Below are positions 62,476 through 64,000 of a DNA stretch of 64,000 nt, in pieces. A model generated the notes under the pieces. That model did not search any database, was not told the origin of the DNA, and worked only from the letters and a program-made list of their open reading frames with translations. The position numbers and the translations under genes are program-made. Positions within the stretch are counted from its first letter, which is position 1. Each line of letters opens with the position of its first letter. The stretch lies in assembly GCA_963836205.1 (NCBI GenBank), contig CAWIIV010000014.1:160001-224000 (forward strand). Direction: 5' to 3'. This DNA comes from an uncultured Acidimicrobiia bacterium (GTDB lineage: Bacteria > Actinomycetota > Acidimicrobiia > Acidimicrobiales > AC-14).

Positions 62476-64000
62476 GCCTCAGTCCTCGGCCGGATGGTCC
62501 CGGGCCTCGTTCCCGCCAGCCTCGTTCCCGGCGCCCTCGTTCCCGCCAGCTCGTTCCCGGCAGCCTCGGTCCCGGCGGGCGCGTCTCCGGCGGCACCGTT
62601 GGCGTCGGGACCGGTGGCGTCGACCGCCCCGTTGCCCTCGACCGGCCGGTGGACCTCGACCGTGCCGTTGGTGTCCTCGACCGTGTCCGGCCACACCGGC
62701 GGCGGCGGGGGGATGATCGGCGGCACCGGCGGTACGGGCGCCACACTCGGCGGCCGCGACCACGGCGACGGCCCCGCGTAGGTGCCGTCGGGGCGGACCA
62801 CGATCGGCTCCAGCCCGCCGTCGGGCCGGCGTTGGCCGTTGAGCCGGGGCAGGGGGATCTCGAAGACGCCGTGGCCCTGGTGGGCGGCGATGGCCTGGAC
62901 GTGGTACTCCTCGACCACGCGGGCGAACTCGGGGTCGGCGTAGACCCGCCCGTCGATCAGGGGTCCGGGCCGGCCCTCGATGATGGCCTCGATGTCGTCG
63001 CCGGTGACCGTCTTGTGGGTCTCCAGGGCGTGGGCGACGGCCAGCACCGAGATGCGGTTGGCCCTGAGCAGTTCGTCCACCCGCTTGAGCAACTGCTCCA
63101 GATTCGCCTCGATGCGCTCGCCCAGGCCGCCGTGGAGCAAATCGGCCTCGTTCTTGGGACCCTTGCCGTCGCCGCCCTTGCCCGGACGGCCGCCGCCGCC
63201 GATGCCGACCTTCTGGGTGACGCCGTGGGACGTGACGGTGGAGCCCATGCCCCAGTAGCCCTCCATGAGGGTGGCGATCTGGGTCGCGCTCTCGAGGTCG
63301 CCGGAAACGCCCGACGAGTTGTCGCCGTCGAAGAACAGCCGCTCCCCCGCCAGCGACGCCAACGCCACCATCACGTCGGCCTCGTACTCCGTGCGCCAGC
63401 GGGTGAACTGGTCCTCGGGCGGGATCGACGCCACCATGCCCAGGTAGGTGCCGCCCTTCTCGATGGTGGCGATGTCGATGGTGAGGTGGCGGCGGACCCG
63501 GAAGGCGGTGACCGCGTGGCAGGCCTCGTGGACCGCGACCGCGTGGCGCTCGCGCTCGATGTACTCGACGTCCTCCGGCGGGCCCAGGTCCTTGAGCTGC
63601 TTGGCCTTGACCACGTCGGACCAGCGGATCTCCTCCCGGCCGTCGCGGATGGCGTTGATCAGGGCCTCGTTGACGAGGTCCTTGATCGTGGCCCCGGTGG
63701 CGTAGGGGGTGATGGTGGCCAGCTTGTCGATCTCGGTGGGCGTGAGGGTGTGGCGGACCTTGTCGAGGTAGCCCTCGTAGGTGCGGATCCGGCCCGCCTT
63801 GGACGGGTAACCCACCTTGTAGATGCGATCGATGCGGCCGGGGCGGAGCAGGGCCTCGTCGAGCGCCTGGGGCATGTTGGTGGCCATCATGACCATGATC
63901 CGGTACTTGGGCGGCGGCTTCGGGCGCATGCCGAGGGTGCGCCGCACCACCCGGTTCATGAAGCCGCGGGGCTTCTTCAGGCCCGACAGCTCGGTGAGCA
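62472..64000 (-). CDS. FtsH-like AAA+ ATPase / M41 zinc protease, 3' part only
   Basis: MATNMPQALDEALLRPGRIDR and HEACH; stop may be 62479 if the repeat contains an indel. Confidence 0.85.
   Translation of the reverse strand, partial: LTELSGLKKPRGFMNRVVRRTLGMRPKPPPKYRIMVMMATNMPQALDEALLRPGRIDRIYKVGYPSKAGRIRTYEGYLDKVRHTLTPTEIDKLATITPYATGATIKDLVNEALINAIRDGREEIRWSDVVKAKQLKDLGPPEDVEYIERERHAVAVHEACHAVTAFRVRRHLTIDIATIEKGGTYLGMVASIPPEDQFTRWRTEYEADVMVALASLAGERLFFDGDNSSGVSGDLESATQIATLMEGYWGMGSTVTSHGVTQKVGIGGGGRPGKGGDGKGPKNEADLLHGGLGERIEANLEQLLKRVDELLRANRISVLAVAHALETHKTVTGDDIEAIIEGRPGPLIDGRVYADPEFARVVEEYHVQAIAAHQGHGVFEIPLPRLNGQRRPDGGLEPIVVRPDGTYAGPSPWSRPPSVAPVPPVPPIIPPPPPVWPDTVEDTNGTVEVHRPVEGNGAVDATGPDANGAAGDAPAGTEAAGNELAGTRAPGTRLAGTRPGTIRPRTEA
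62502..62575. repeat. 15-bp degenerate tandem repeat at the 3' end of the FtsH-like gene
   Basis: CCTCGTTCCCGCCAG-like unit, about 5 copies, one 1 nt short. Confidence 0.75.

Overview
High-GC actinobacterial chromosome segment, probably Acidimicrobiia (inferred from mIHF, DUF1844 beside infC, gene order and many leaderless genes). Almost all of it is a minus-strand housekeeping run: alaS-ruvX-mltG-aro-efp-nusB-pyr/car-mihF-gmk-rpoZ-coaBC-metK-priA-def-fmt-mogA-rib-hisG-infC-rpmI-rplT-pheST. Several accessory elements interrupt it. (1) A complete ~1.94 kb group II intron (13088-15026, minus) with an RT/maturase sits exactly after the GTG start codon of a probably leaderless mogA/moaB gene. Its candidate EBS1 loop reads the start codon, its 3' end appears to be ...CCAATG and supplies a new ATG, and a 33-codon mini-ORF bridges the RT stop to that ATG. 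This is the most unusual signal in the window. (2) An EACC1-like gene plus a membrane-spanning caspase/NHL-propeller gene lie between priA and metK. (3) An ~11 kb island (ACP, AMP-ligase, ArsR, LIV-type ABC transporter, methyltransferase, two FabF-like KS genes, Uma2 nuclease) lies between mihF and pyrF. (4) A dispersed ~50-bp palindrome family has copies inside the carA and aroQ coding regions. About ten small frameshifts in conserved genes look like long-read consensus errors rather than pseudogenes. All family assignments come from motif recognition by eye; no searches were run.
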